DNA from: Burkholderiales bacterium
GTDB lineage: Bacteria; Pseudomonadota; Gammaproteobacteria; Burkholderiales; JAEUOS01
Assembly: GCA_031362865.1 (NCBI GenBank)
Contig: JANLTH010000003.1
Location: 62,848 to 126,847 of the forward strand
Reading direction: 5' to 3'
Length of the DNA stretch: 64,000 nt
Shown here piece by piece: positions 17,202 through 26,016 of the stretch (position 1 is the stretch's first letter; each line of letters starts with the position of its first letter). The notes beneath the pieces were generated by a model. It saw nothing but the letters and a program-made list of their open reading frames with translations, was not told where the DNA came from and did no database searches. The position numbers and the translations under genes were made by a program.

Positions 17202-17292
17202 TCCCTCACTCCAACCCTCTCCCCGAGGGAGAGGGAGCAATTCGTGGCTGCTGAAACTCCCTCTCCCCCTGGGAGAGGGTTGGGGTGAGGGA
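17202..17292. repeat. REP-like nested palindrome
   Basis: CCCTCACTCCAACCCTCTCCCCGAGGGAGAGGG ... CCCTCTCCCCCTGGGAGAGGGTTGGGGTGAGGG: two local hairpins nested in a larger inverted repeat, between the binding-protein and permease genes. Confidence 0.8.
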
Positions 17293-17300
17293 AAGCCCGC

Positions 17301-19508
17301 ATGAGATCACCCCCGCAACGCGCGGCACTGGCCTGGGCGCTGGCCGGCCTTGCTGCCTGCGCCGTACTGCCCTGGTATTCCTTGCAGGGCAACGTGTTTG
17401 CCCTGGGGTGGCTGCCGCACATCGCCACCAAAGAGGCCGCGCCGCTGCTGCTGCAAGCCTTTTCACACGGGCGCGGCTGGTTGTTGCCGATTGGCCTGTT
17501 GTTCGCGCTTGCGGCAGCGATTGCCTTCACCTTCCCCGCCGCAGCCCGTAAGCCACTGGGCGCATGGCTGGTAGGGATCGGCGGATTCGGCGTGGCTTAC
17601 ACGCTGCTGCAAGGCTTTGCGCTGGGCATCAAGGGCTGGAGCTTCGGCTTTCTCACCGCGCTGGCGGGCACGACCACCCAAACGCAGATCGGCATGGGCT
17701 TAGGCGCGGTGCTGGTGGTGCTGGGCTTTCTGTTTTTACTCACCACCGGCATCGCGCTGCGCGGCAGCTTTCGTGGCGACATGTTCGTAGCCGGTGGCGT
17801 GGGCTTGTGTGTGCTGTTGGTCGTGTTGTTCACGTTTGTGCCGCTCTTCGTAATGCTGACCGGCGGCTTTCAAAATCAAGAAGGCGCGTGGTCGATCAGC
17901 GCGTTTGCGAACCGGCTTTTCAATGAGCGCATCTGGGGCCTGGCCTGCGTACAAGGCGCGGGCCGCTGCGGCGTGGCATGGAATACGCTGTTTCTGGCGC
18001 TCTGCACGGCCACCGGCTGCACCCTGCTCGGCCTGGCATTTGCACTCACGGTCACGCGCACCAAATTCCCGGCCAAGAAGCTGGTGCGGGTGTTGACAGT
18101 GCTGCCGATTGTGACTCCACCGTTTGTGATCGGCTTGGGGTTGATTTTGATTTTGGGGCGTTCCGGCCTGGTCAATCAGTTTCTCGAATACGCCTTTGAC
18201 ATCGCGCCTTCGCGCTGGATTTACGGCTTGCAAGGTGTGCTGTTGGCGCAGTTGTTTGCGTTCACCCCCGTCGCGTTTTTGGTGCTGATCGGCGTGGTCG
18301 AAGGCGTTTCGCCTACGCTCGAAGAAGCCGCACAAACGCTGCGCGCAGATCGCGCAAAAGTGTTCACCACGGTCTCGTTTCCGCTGATGCTGCCCGGCAT
18401 TGCCAATGCTTTCCTGATCTCCTTTATCGAAAGCATCGCCGATTTTGGCAACCCGATTGTGCTGGGCGGCAACTACGCGGTGCTCTCGACTGAGATTTAC
18501 TTCTCCATTGTCGGCGCGCAGCTAGACCAGGGAAAGGCGGCGGTGCTCGCCCTGATTCTTCTCAGTTTTGCGCTCGGCGCATTTTGGATTCAGCGCCGCG
18601 TACTCGGCAAAAAGAGCTACGTTTCGATGACCGGCAAGGGTGACTCCGGCCTGCCGGTGCCGCTGCCCGCGCGGGTCGAAAAAGGCGTGTACGCGATCGT
18701 GATTCCGTGGCTGTGCCTGACCGTGATTCTCTATGTGCTGGCGCTGTTGGGCGGATTTGTTGAAACTTGGGGTCGCGATTACACGCCCACGCTCAAACAC
18801 TTCTGGAAAGCGTTTTCTGTTGAGTTTTCTGCAGCAGGTGGTACGGGATTGGGGATTGTCTGGACCGGTGCGGCGTGGAATTCATTCTGGACCACGTTAA
18901 CGTTGGCGACGATTGCAGCGCCGTTTACGGCAGCATTAGGCCTGCTCACCGCATGGCTCATTACCCGCAACCAATTCGCCGGCAAGAACGCCTTTGAGTT
19001 CATGACACTGCTGTCCTTCGCCATTCCCGGGACCATCATCGGTGTGGCTTACATCCTCGCCTTCAACGTGCCACCGATTGAAATCACCGGTACGGCACTG
19101 GTGATTCTGCTGTGCTTCATGTTCCGCAATTTGCCGGTCGGCGTGCGGGCCGGGGTTGCGACCATGAGCCAGCTCGATAAGTCGTTAGACGAAGCCTCAC
19201 TCACCTTGCGTGGCAGTTCGTTCACGACCTTGCGCCGCGTGGTGTTACCACTCATGCGCCCGGCGATTGTCGCCGCATTGGTGTACAGCTTTGTGCGCTC
19301 GATGACCACGGTCTCGGCCGTGATCTTCTTGGTCAGCGCCGAATACGACCTGGCCACCGCCTTCATCATCGGCCGCGTGGTCAACGCCGACTATGGCATC
19401 GCGCTGGCCTACTGCACAGTACTGGTCGTGATGATGATCCTCGCCATCTTGCTGATTCAATGGCTGGTCGGCGACCGTAACCAAAAAATCGGAAGGAAAA
19501 GCAAATAG
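17301..19508 (+). CDS. iron-type ABC transporter permease (fused double permease, FbpB-like)
   Basis: 735-aa polytopic membrane ORF with two permease repeats, sitting between the binding-protein and ATPase genes. Confidence 0.85.
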   Translation: MRSPPQRAALAWALAGLAACAVLPWYSLQGNVFALGWLPHIATKEAAPLLLQAFSHGRGWLLPIGLLFALAAAIAFTFPAAARKPLGAWLVGIGGFGVAYTLLQGFALGIKGWSFGFLTALAGTTTQTQIGMGLGAVLVVLGFLFLLTTGIALRGSFRGDMFVAGGVGLCVLLVVLFTFVPLFVMLTGGFQNQEGAWSISAFANRLFNERIWGLACVQGAGRCGVAWNTLFLALCTATGCTLLGLAFALTVTRTKFPAKKLVRVLTVLPIVTPPFVIGLGLILILGRSGLVNQFLEYAFDIAPSRWIYGLQGVLLAQLFAFTPVAFLVLIGVVEGVSPTLEEAAQTLRADRAKVFTTVSFPLMLPGIANAFLISFIESIADFGNPIVLGGNYAVLSTEIYFSIVGAQLDQGKAAVLALILLSFALGAFWIQRRVLGKKSYVSMTGKGDSGLPVPLPARVEKGVYAIVIPWLCLTVILYVLALLGGFVETWGRDYTPTLKHFWKAFSVEFSAAGGTGLGIVWTGAAWNSFWTTLTLATIAAPFTAALGLLTAWLITRNQFAGKNAFEFMTLLSFAIPGTIIGVAYILAFNVPPIEITGTALVILLCFMFRNLPVGVRAGVATMSQLDKSLDEASLTLRGSSFTTLRRVVLPLMRPAIVAALVYSFVRSMTTVSAVIFLVSAEYDLATAFIIGRVVNADYGIALAYCTVLVVMMILAILLIQWLVGDRNQKIGRKSK

Positions 19509-19513
19509 GCGCG

Positions 19514-19537
19514 ATTAAATAGGGACAGTCCCTATTT
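19514..19537. repeat. 24-nt AT-rich palindromic motif ATTAAATAGGGACAGTCCCTATTT, copy 1
   Basis: Identical 24-mer at 51782..51805. 10-bp arms AAATAGGGAC / GTCCCTATTT around a single central A. Lies in the 52-bp gap between the permease and ATPase genes. Confidence 0.8.
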
Positions 19538-19560
19538 GTTGGCATCTATCCCATCGGACT

Positions 19561-20646
19561 ATGAAAAAAGAACCGGCGCGAATTGTCTTTGAGAGCGTGC
19601 GCAAGGCCTATGGGCCGGTGGTCGCGGTGCGCGATGTGTCGTTTGAAATTCCGGCGGGCACGCTGGTGACTTTGCTCGGGCCATCGGGTTGTGGCAAGAC
19701 CACCACCCTGCGCATGATCGCCGGGCTGGAGCTGCCCACCAGCGGGCGCATGCTGATCGGTGAGCGCGATGTGTCGGGCCTGCCTGCTTCTGAGCGCGAT
19801 GTGTCGATGGTGTTTCAAAGCTACGCGCTCTTTCCGCACATGAACGTGATCGAGAACGTGGCTTACGGTTTGGTGGTGAGCGGTACGGCCAAACCTGCTG
19901 CGCATGCGGGGGCGCGTGAAGCGTTGAAGTCAGTCGGGCTGGAAGGCAAGGAAGCGCGCCTGCCTTCCGAACTTTCTGGTGGGCAGCAACAGCGGGTTGC
20001 GGTGGCGCGCGCTCTGGTGTTGGAGCCTTCGGTGCTGTTGTTTGACGAACCGCTCTCCAATCTCGATGCCAAGCTGCGCCGCTCGATGCGCGAGGAAATC
20101 CGCGACTTGCAGCAGCGCTTGGGCGTAACCGTGGTCTACGTGACACACGATCAAGAAGAAGCGCTCGCCGTCTCAGACCACATCGTGGTGATGAACCATG
20201 CCGAGATTGCGCAGATTGGCAGCCCGCGCGATTTGTACGAACGCCCCGAGACCGTGTTCGTCGCCACCTTCATGGGCGACGCGAATCTGGTGGCCGCCCT
20301 GCTCCAGCACACCAGTGCCACGCACGGCGACGTACGCTTGGGCGGTATGACTCTGCCGGTGGCGCATCGTGGCATCGCCGCAGGCCAGGTGCAGGTGAGC
20401 CTGCGCCCGGAAAGCCTTGCGGTACAAGCTTCTTCAGCCATGCATGCCGGAGAAACGCACCCAGCAGGCATCTTGCAAGGGGTCATCAAGAAGGCCGCCT
20501 ATTTGGGCACGCACATCGAGTATCACGTCACCACCGCTATCGGCGAACTCTTTCTCAAGTGCGACGAAGTGTTGCAGCCGATTGCACCGGGGGCCGATGT
20601 CAGCCTCACGCCCACCGGCCATGGCGTGACAGTGCTTAAGCCGTGA
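19561..20646 (+). CDS. ABC transporter ATP-binding protein (FbpC/PotA-like)
   Basis: Walker A GPSGCGKTT, signature LSGGQQQRV, Walker B LLLFDEP, plus a C-terminal TOBE-like extension. Confidence 0.9.
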   Translation: MKKEPARIVFESVRKAYGPVVAVRDVSFEIPAGTLVTLLGPSGCGKTTTLRMIAGLELPTSGRMLIGERDVSGLPASERDVSMVFQSYALFPHMNVIENVAYGLVVSGTAKPAAHAGAREALKSVGLEGKEARLPSELSGGQQQRVAVARALVLEPSVLLFDEPLSNLDAKLRRSMREEIRDLQQRLGVTVVYVTHDQEEALAVSDHIVVMNHAEIAQIGSPRDLYERPETVFVATFMGDANLVAALLQHTSATHGDVRLGGMTLPVAHRGIAAGQVQVSLRPESLAVQASSAMHAGETHPAGILQGVIKKAAYLGTHIEYHVTTAIGELFLKCDEVLQPIAPGADVSLTPTGHGVTVLKP

Positions 20647-21338
20647 GCCCAGGCAGAGCGGGCGGCGCGGGTGGAGTGCGGCGCGCGCGACGCGATACCG
20701 TGTGGTTCTTCGATTTAGACGACACGCTGCACCATGCCACACCGCATATCTTTCCGCACATGAACCGACTGATGACGGCTTACGTGATGGAGCATTTGGC
20801 ACTTGACGAGGCCGCCGCGAGCGCGCTGCGCGAAAGCTATTGGCATCACTACGGTGCCACTCTGCTAGGCTTGATGAAGCGCCATGGCACTGACCCGCGC
20901 CACTTTTTGGCCGCTACCCATCAGTTCCCCGATCTGGCGGCGATGGTGGTGAACGAGAAGCGTTTGCGGCAAACCCTGTGCGCGCTGCCGGGTGTCAAGG
21001 TGCTTTTTTCTAATGCGCCGAAGGGCTATGTGAGCGCGGTGCTAGCGCTGCTGAAGATTGACGATCTCTTCGTTGAAGTAGTGACGATGGAGTCGCTCAA
21101 GTTTCGCCCAAAACCGAGCACAGCGGCGATGCGACGGGTGTTTGCGCGGCATCCAGCGCGCCACCAAATCATGGTGGAAGACAACCTGCCCAATCTGCGT
21201 AGCGCGCGGCGCTGTGGCCTGAGCACGGTGTGGATGCGCCCCGACAAAATCCGCTTTCGCGGGCGCCCTTGCGGCGTTGACCTCACCGTAAAATCTTTGC
21301 AGCAGGTCAGAAAATCCGTGGGAGCGGGAACACTATGA
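20643..21338 (+). CDS. HAD-superfamily pyrimidine 5'-nucleotidase-like hydrolase
   Basis: HAD motif I FFDLDDTLH and overall family IA pattern. The GTG start overlaps the upstream stop and is uncertain. Confidence 0.75.
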   Translation: MSPGRAGGAGGVRRARRDTVWFFDLDDTLHHATPHIFPHMNRLMTAYVMEHLALDEAAASALRESYWHHYGATLLGLMKRHGTDPRHFLAATHQFPDLAAMVVNEKRLRQTLCALPGVKVLFSNAPKGYVSAVLALLKIDDLFVEVVTMESLKFRPKPSTAAMRRVFARHPARHQIMVEDNLPNLRSARRCGLSTVWMRPDKIRFRGRPCGVDLTVKSLQQVRKSVGAGTL

Positions 21339-21904
21339 AAGCAGGCGAGCGCCGGGTACAGATTCTGCAATTGATCGTGCAGATGCTGGAAAACCCAAAA
21401 AGCGAAAAGATCACCACGGCAGCACTGGCCGCCAAGCTTGATGTATCAGAAGCGGCGCTGTACCGCCACTTCGCCTCCAAGGCGCAGATGTTTGAGGCCT
21501 TGATCGAGTTCATCGAAGAGACCGTGTTTGGTCTCATCAACCAAATCAGCAGCAAAGAGCCGCAAGGCATCGCGCAGGTGCAGGCGATGCTCGGCATGCT
21601 GCTCGGTTTCGCCGCCAAAAACGTCGGCATGACGCGGGTCTTGATTGGCGACGCGCTGGTCGGTGAAAACGAGCGCCTGCAAGCACGTGTCACACAGTTG
21701 TCAGACCGGATCGAGGCTTCAGTCAAGCAAGCCTTGCGCATCGCCATCACTCAAGGCACAGTGGCTGCCGACACCGATGTGGCAGCCCACGCCAATCTGT
21801 TGGTGTGCTATGTCACCGGGCGCTGGCATCAGTTTGTGCGCTCCGGTTTCAAGAAAAATCCGCTCGAAGGTTTTGAAGCCCAATGGCGGCTTTTGACAGG
21901 CTGA
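21335..21904 (+). CDS. slmA: nucleoid occlusion factor SlmA (TetR family)
   Basis: 189 aa. RRVQILQ..VQMLE...KITTAALA..L.VSEAALYRHF is the SlmA-type HTH. Confidence 0.8.
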   Translation: MKAGERRVQILQLIVQMLENPKSEKITTAALAAKLDVSEAALYRHFASKAQMFEALIEFIEETVFGLINQISSKEPQGIAQVQAMLGMLLGFAAKNVGMTRVLIGDALVGENERLQARVTQLSDRIEASVKQALRIAITQGTVAADTDVAAHANLLVCYVTGRWHQFVRSGFKKNPLEGFEAQWRLLTG

Positions 21905-21934
21905 TGCCTGTAGAGGCTTACTCAGCAAGCATCT

Positions 21935-22765
21935 TCAAGCCATCTGCCGCAAGAGCCGCGCCAGATAATCGTTTCCAGCAATCGCCCGACTGCCAAACCA
22001 GCTCGTCATCTCACCATCAATCAGGCGAACGGTTTTGTTTTTGAAGCGCGGCTGCGCGGCCAATTCGTCGCAATTAGCCTGCTTGAACTGATACGGTTCG
22101 GTGGAAAGCAACACTGTATCGACCTCGTCAAGCCAAGGCTCATCCAGCGTGATGATCGGGTAGCGGGCACGCCCGGTTTCCGGCGATGATACCGAAAGAG
22201 GCTTATCTGGCAAGCTTCTCCAGCCCATCTGCGCGAGTGTTTGCGCGATGTAGGTCGATGGCGCAATCGTCATCCACGGGTCTTTCCAAATCAGATAGAG
22301 CACCCGCCTGGCGCGGTGCTCGCGAGCGGACTCTCGCAGCGTGGCCTGGCTTTGATTAAAGCGCTCGCACAGATTTTCGGCCTGTGCGTTTCGCCCAAAA
22401 ATGCCACCGAGCAATCGAAACAAAGCGAGATTGTCAGAAGGGGCACACGGGTGGGTCACGACGACGTGCGGCACAAACTCACGCAGCGCGTCGACGGTCG
22501 GCTTCTCGTTTTCATCCACATTAACCAGCACGTGCGTGGGCGCAAGCTTGCGCAGTTTGTTCAAGTTGACGGTTTTGGTGCCGCCAATTTTCGGGATGCG
22601 ACGCACAGCATCAACCGGGTGAATGCAATAGCCAGTGCGCGCGACCATTTGGTCGGTGAGCCCCAACTCGCACAGCAGCTCGGTCAGGCTGGGCACGAGC
22701 GAGGCGATACGCGGCCTACCCTGCGCTGGCGCGTGCGGCGAGCCGAGAGCGTCGAACAGTGTCAT
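21935..22765 (-). CDS. BtuF-like periplasmic-binding-fold (helical backbone metal receptor) protein, no obvious signal peptide
   Basis: RIASLVPSLTELLCELGL and IGGTK..NLNKLRKLAPTHVL match the cobalamin/siderophore-binding family. ATG at 22765 is preferred over the track start at 22942. Confidence 0.6.
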   Translation of the reverse strand: MTLFDALGSPHAPAQGRPRIASLVPSLTELLCELGLTDQMVARTGYCIHPVDAVRRIPKIGGTKTVNLNKLRKLAPTHVLVNVDENEKPTVDALREFVPHVVVTHPCAPSDNLALFRLLGGIFGRNAQAENLCERFNQSQATLRESAREHRARRVLYLIWKDPWMTIAPSTYIAQTLAQMGWRSLPDKPLSVSSPETGRARYPIITLDEPWLDEVDTVLLSTEPYQFKQANCDELAAQPRFKNKTVRLIDGEMTSWFGSRAIAGNDYLARLLRQMA

Positions 22766-23013
22766 CCCCGTATAGGCCAACCGAAATTCATTTTGAGGCA
22801 GTGACCGTGACAGTAGGCCGCATTTTCTGCTCGCACAAGACGCTAGGAGCCTGTCGGACTTAAGTGAATCGGAGATGGTAACAAAGCGAGACGCCGAAGC
22901 CGCTGATTTGGTGGCCGCCGAATCTTGCAGTTCCCTTGACAATAGACCAACTGGCAGAGATAATTAAATACCAACCGGTATGTATGTAACGTGAGCGTAT
23001 AGCCAAACCTACA

Positions 23014-24024
23014 ATGAACGCCTCCACCGCAGACCCCGTCAAGAGCCTCAGGCAGCCGCGCGCGGTGCTCACGCGCACTAGCTTGCTCGATGCCGCGCTC
23101 AAGGTCATCCGCGCCAAAGGCTATAGTGCAGCCAGCATCGACGACATGTGCGCGGCAGCTGGCGTAACCAAAGGCAGCTTCTTTCATCATTTCTCCAGCA
23201 AGGAAGACCTCGCGATTGAAGCGACGCGCCACTGGAACGCGCTCACCGGTGGCTTATTTGCCAACGCGGCTTATCACCAAGTGCCAGACCCGCGCGCGCG
23301 AATTCTTGCTTACATCGATTTCCGCGGACAAATCGTGCAAGGCGAGCTGGTCGATGTCACGTGCCTCTTGGGCACCATGGTGCAAGAAACCTTCGACAGC
23401 CACCCTGCGATTCGCGCGGCTTGCCGCGAAGGCATCGAGAGCCACGCCCGCACGCTGGTACCCATGATCGCCGAGGCCCGCGCCTTGTACGCGCCCCAGG
23501 CCGATTGGAATGCCGACAACCTCGCGCTCTACACCCAGGCAGCGCTGCAAGGTGCTTTCATCGTCGCCAAAGCGCAGGGCAGTGCAGCTATCGCGGTGCT
23601 GCTGATCGCCCACTTACGCGACTATGTGCAAGCATTGCTGACCCCGCCGACTGTCCCGACAAACCGGCTTGAAACCTATATCGACGGCTATGTCATGGTC
23701 GTGCCCCAAGCCCACAAGGCGGCATTCATCGAGCATGTGAAGCAGTCGATTCCGATCTACAAAGAATATGGCGCGTTGCGCGTGGTCGATTGCTGGGCTG
23801 ACGATCTGCCTATTGGGCGCATCAACACTTATGGCCATGCCGTACAGCTCGAAGCGGGCGAAGCGGTGGTGTTTTCGTGGATTGAATGGCCCTTCAAAGC
23901 CATCCGCGATGCTGCCTGGCCGCTCATCTTGAAAGACCCGCGCATGCACCCCGACGACAACCCCAGGCCCTTCGATGTCAAACGCATGCTACGCGGCGGA
24001 TTTCAAACCATCGTCAACGGCTGA
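23014..24024 (+). CDS. TetR-family regulator fused to a C-terminal DUF1428 domain
   Basis: The N-terminal ~200 aa carry a TetR HTH (AASIDDMCAAAGVTKGSFFHHFSSKEDL). The C-terminal ~120 aa (YIDGYVMVVPQAHKAAFIEH...VVFSWIEWP...KRMLRGGFQ) align by eye along their whole length with the stand-alone DUF1428 at 25662..26015. Confidence 0.75.
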   Translation: MNASTADPVKSLRQPRAVLTRTSLLDAALKVIRAKGYSAASIDDMCAAAGVTKGSFFHHFSSKEDLAIEATRHWNALTGGLFANAAYHQVPDPRARILAYIDFRGQIVQGELVDVTCLLGTMVQETFDSHPAIRAACREGIESHARTLVPMIAEARALYAPQADWNADNLALYTQAALQGAFIVAKAQGSAAIAVLLIAHLRDYVQALLTPPTVPTNRLETYIDGYVMVVPQAHKAAFIEHVKQSIPIYKEYGALRVVDCWADDLPIGRINTYGHAVQLEAGEAVVFSWIEWPFKAIRDAAWPLILKDPRMHPDDNPRPFDVKRMLRGGFQTIVNG

Positions 24025-24075
24025 TCCGCTGCAACTCGCTGACTCTGTTCATCATTCTTTTTAAAGAGAACCACT

Positions 24076-24546
24076 ATGACCGACCCACAAATTCCCGTCA
24101 CTCGCGGCAACACGTTGCAAGTGCACCGCGTGCTCACCAGCACGCCCGAGAAAATTTGGCGCGCCTTCACCCAAGCCGATGCGTGGGTGCGCTGGCTTCC
24201 GCCCAACGGTTTTACAGGGCATGTTTACGCGCTGGAACTAAAAGTCGGCGGCACCTACCGCATGTCGTTCACCAACTTCACCACGGGTAGCGACATTTTC
24301 TTTGGCGGCAAATACCTCGAATTGAAACCCAATGAATGTATTGCGTACACCGCGAAGTTCGAGGACGCGAACCTACCCGGTGAAATGACCACCCGCGTCA
24401 TCATCAAGCCAGTCTCGGTCGGCGTGGAAATTCATGCCACGCAAAGCGGCGTGCCGTCAATGATCCCGCTGGAAGCTTGTTATCTCGGTTGGCAAGAATC
24501 GCTGCGCAATTTGGCACGCTTGGTCGAGCCAAACATCCCTGGCTGA
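24076..24546 (+). CDS. SRPBCC/AHSA1-domain protein
   Basis: 156 aa. P.KIWRAFT....W..WL and GG.YRM.F patterns are typical of Aha1-domain SRPBCC proteins. Confidence 0.8.
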   Translation: MTDPQIPVTRGNTLQVHRVLTSTPEKIWRAFTQADAWVRWLPPNGFTGHVYALELKVGGTYRMSFTNFTTGSDIFFGGKYLELKPNECIAYTAKFEDANLPGEMTTRVIIKPVSVGVEIHATQSGVPSMIPLEACYLGWQESLRNLARLVEPNIPG

Positions 24547-24612
24547 GCGCCGTCATATGAAGCAGCAATTCACGGAATAGCGTTGACACCCAATTCTTTA
24601 AAGAAAATCGCC

Positions 24613-25017
24613 ATGAAAATTTCGGTCGAAACCCTCGTGAAAGCGCCCATCGCCAAAGTTTGGCGCGCCTACACAACCCCTGAAGACATCAAACAATGGA
24701 ACACTGCATCAGCCGATTGGCACACCACCGCCGCAGCGGTTGATCTGCGCGTAGGCGGCGCGTTCACGTCACGCATGGAAGCCAAAGACGGCAGCTTCGG
24801 TTTTGATTTCGCAGGCACCTACACCAATCTGGTGCCACACCAACTTATCGAGTATTCCTTCGGTGAACGTGTCGCTGTTGTTGAATTCAACTCTGCTGAG
24901 CAAGGCGTGACGGTGCGCGTTACGTTCGATGCCGAATCAACGCATTCCATCGACGAGCAGCGCAGCGGCTGGCAAGCGATTCTGAATAATTTTGCGAAGC
25001 ATGTGGAAGCGACCTAA
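24613..25017 (+). CDS. SRPBCC/AHSA1-domain protein (second paralog)
   Basis: 134 aa from the ATG at 24613. APIAKVWRAYTTPEDIKQW and GWQAILNNF are typical of this family. Confidence 0.75.
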   Translation: MKISVETLVKAPIAKVWRAYTTPEDIKQWNTASADWHTTAAAVDLRVGGAFTSRMEAKDGSFGFDFAGTYTNLVPHQLIEYSFGERVAVVEFNSAEQGVTVRVTFDAESTHSIDEQRSGWQAILNNFAKHVEAT

Positions 25018-25066
25018 GTCGGCCAAGCCTCAGCCATCTATCATCCTTTTTTAACTGGAGAATTTC

Positions 25067-25486
25067 ATGAGAGTCGAACCCTATTTGATGCTTTCAGGTC
25101 GCTGCGAGGAAGCCTTGGCTTTCTACCAAGCTGCTATCGGTGCGCAAGCTGTGGGAGTGATGCGCTTCAAAGAAAGCCCCGAGCCACCGCAGATGCCACT
25201 GCCGCCCGATTGGAGCGAGAAGATCATGCACTGCGCCTTTATGGTTGGCCAAACCTTGGTGATGGCTTCCGATGGCATGACCGTTGAGCCAGTCGATTAT
25301 TCTGGAGTGAGCCTTTCGATCACGGCAGACGACGAAGCGCAAGCGCATCGCATGTTTGATGCCCTCGCCAAGAGCGGCAGCATCTTTATGCCAATGGGAA
25401 AAACTTTTTGGGCACCTTGCTTCGGCATGTGTACCGACAAATTCGGTGTGAACTGGATGGTCGGTGTGGATGCGCCGGTCGCCTAA
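25067..25486 (+). CDS. VOC-family (glyoxalase/PhnB-like) protein
   Basis: 139 aa. Pattern PYL.....C.EA..FY......IMH........M.SD.....F.PMGKTFWAPCFGM..D.FGV.WM is typical of PhnB-like proteins. Confidence 0.8.
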   Translation: MRVEPYLMLSGRCEEALAFYQAAIGAQAVGVMRFKESPEPPQMPLPPDWSEKIMHCAFMVGQTLVMASDGMTVEPVDYSGVSLSITADDEAQAHRMFDALAKSGSIFMPMGKTFWAPCFGMCTDKFGVNWMVGVDAPVA

Positions 25487-25545
25487 TTTTTAGGCGAAAA
25501 GCAGCATCCCTCCGTATCAACCGAGCGCTGAGCGCTCACTTTTCA

Positions 25546-25648
25546 TTCCATTTCTAAATCATTACGAGATTAGGCGCACCGACGACGACAGTGCGCGAAG
25601 CACGGCTAGGAAGGGGCAACGACATATCGTAATGATTTAGAAATGGAA
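25546..25648. mobile_element. 103-bp MITE, copy 1 (22-bp perfect terminal inverted repeats, TCA target duplication)
   Basis: TTCCATTTCTAAATCATTACGA ... TCGTAATGATTTAGAAATGGAA, flanked by TCA at 25543-25545 and 25649-25651. Differs at one position from the copy at 57288..57390. Confidence 0.85.
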
Positions 25649-25661
25649 TCAGGAGTCAATC

Positions 25662-26015
25662 ATGAACTATCTAGACGGATTCGTAGCCGCTGTGCCCGCA
25701 GCCAACAAAGAGGCTTACCTCAAGCATGCGGCAGACACTGCGGTCATGTTCAAAGAGTACGGTGCCGTGAGCGTGGTTGAAAGCTGGGGCGATGATGTGC
25801 CCGAAGGCAAGCTCACGTCCTTCCCGATGGCGGTGAAGCGCGAGGAAGGCGAAGTGGTGGTCTTCTCGTGGATCGCATGGCCATCCAAAGCCGTGCGCGA
25901 CAGTGCCTGGGAGAAAATCATGGCTGACCCGCGCATGGGCCCTGATCGCGCACCCCCGCCACTGGACGGCAAACGCATGATCTACGGTGGTTTTCAAATC
26001 ATCATGGAGAGATAG
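25662..26015 (+). CDS. DUF1428 family protein
   Basis: 117 aa. YLDGFVAAVP..NKEAY, VVFSWI.WPSK and KRMIYGGF are hallmark DUF1428 segments. Confidence 0.8.
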   Translation: MNYLDGFVAAVPAANKEAYLKHAADTAVMFKEYGAVSVVESWGDDVPEGKLTSFPMAVKREEGEVVVFSWIAWPSKAVRDSAWEKIMADPRMGPDRAPPPLDGKRMIYGGFQIIMER

Positions 26016-26016
26016 C

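Noticed and set aside
22766-23013. Possible cobalamin riboswitch upstream (minus strand) of the BtuF-like gene
   Set aside because: The minus strand contains GGGAA and an AGTCCGACAGGCTCC segment faintly like a B12 box. The conserved GGTG..AA.CC and CCCGC.ACTG elements and the canonical GACC.GCC core are not present. Rfam/Infernal would be needed, so it is not called.
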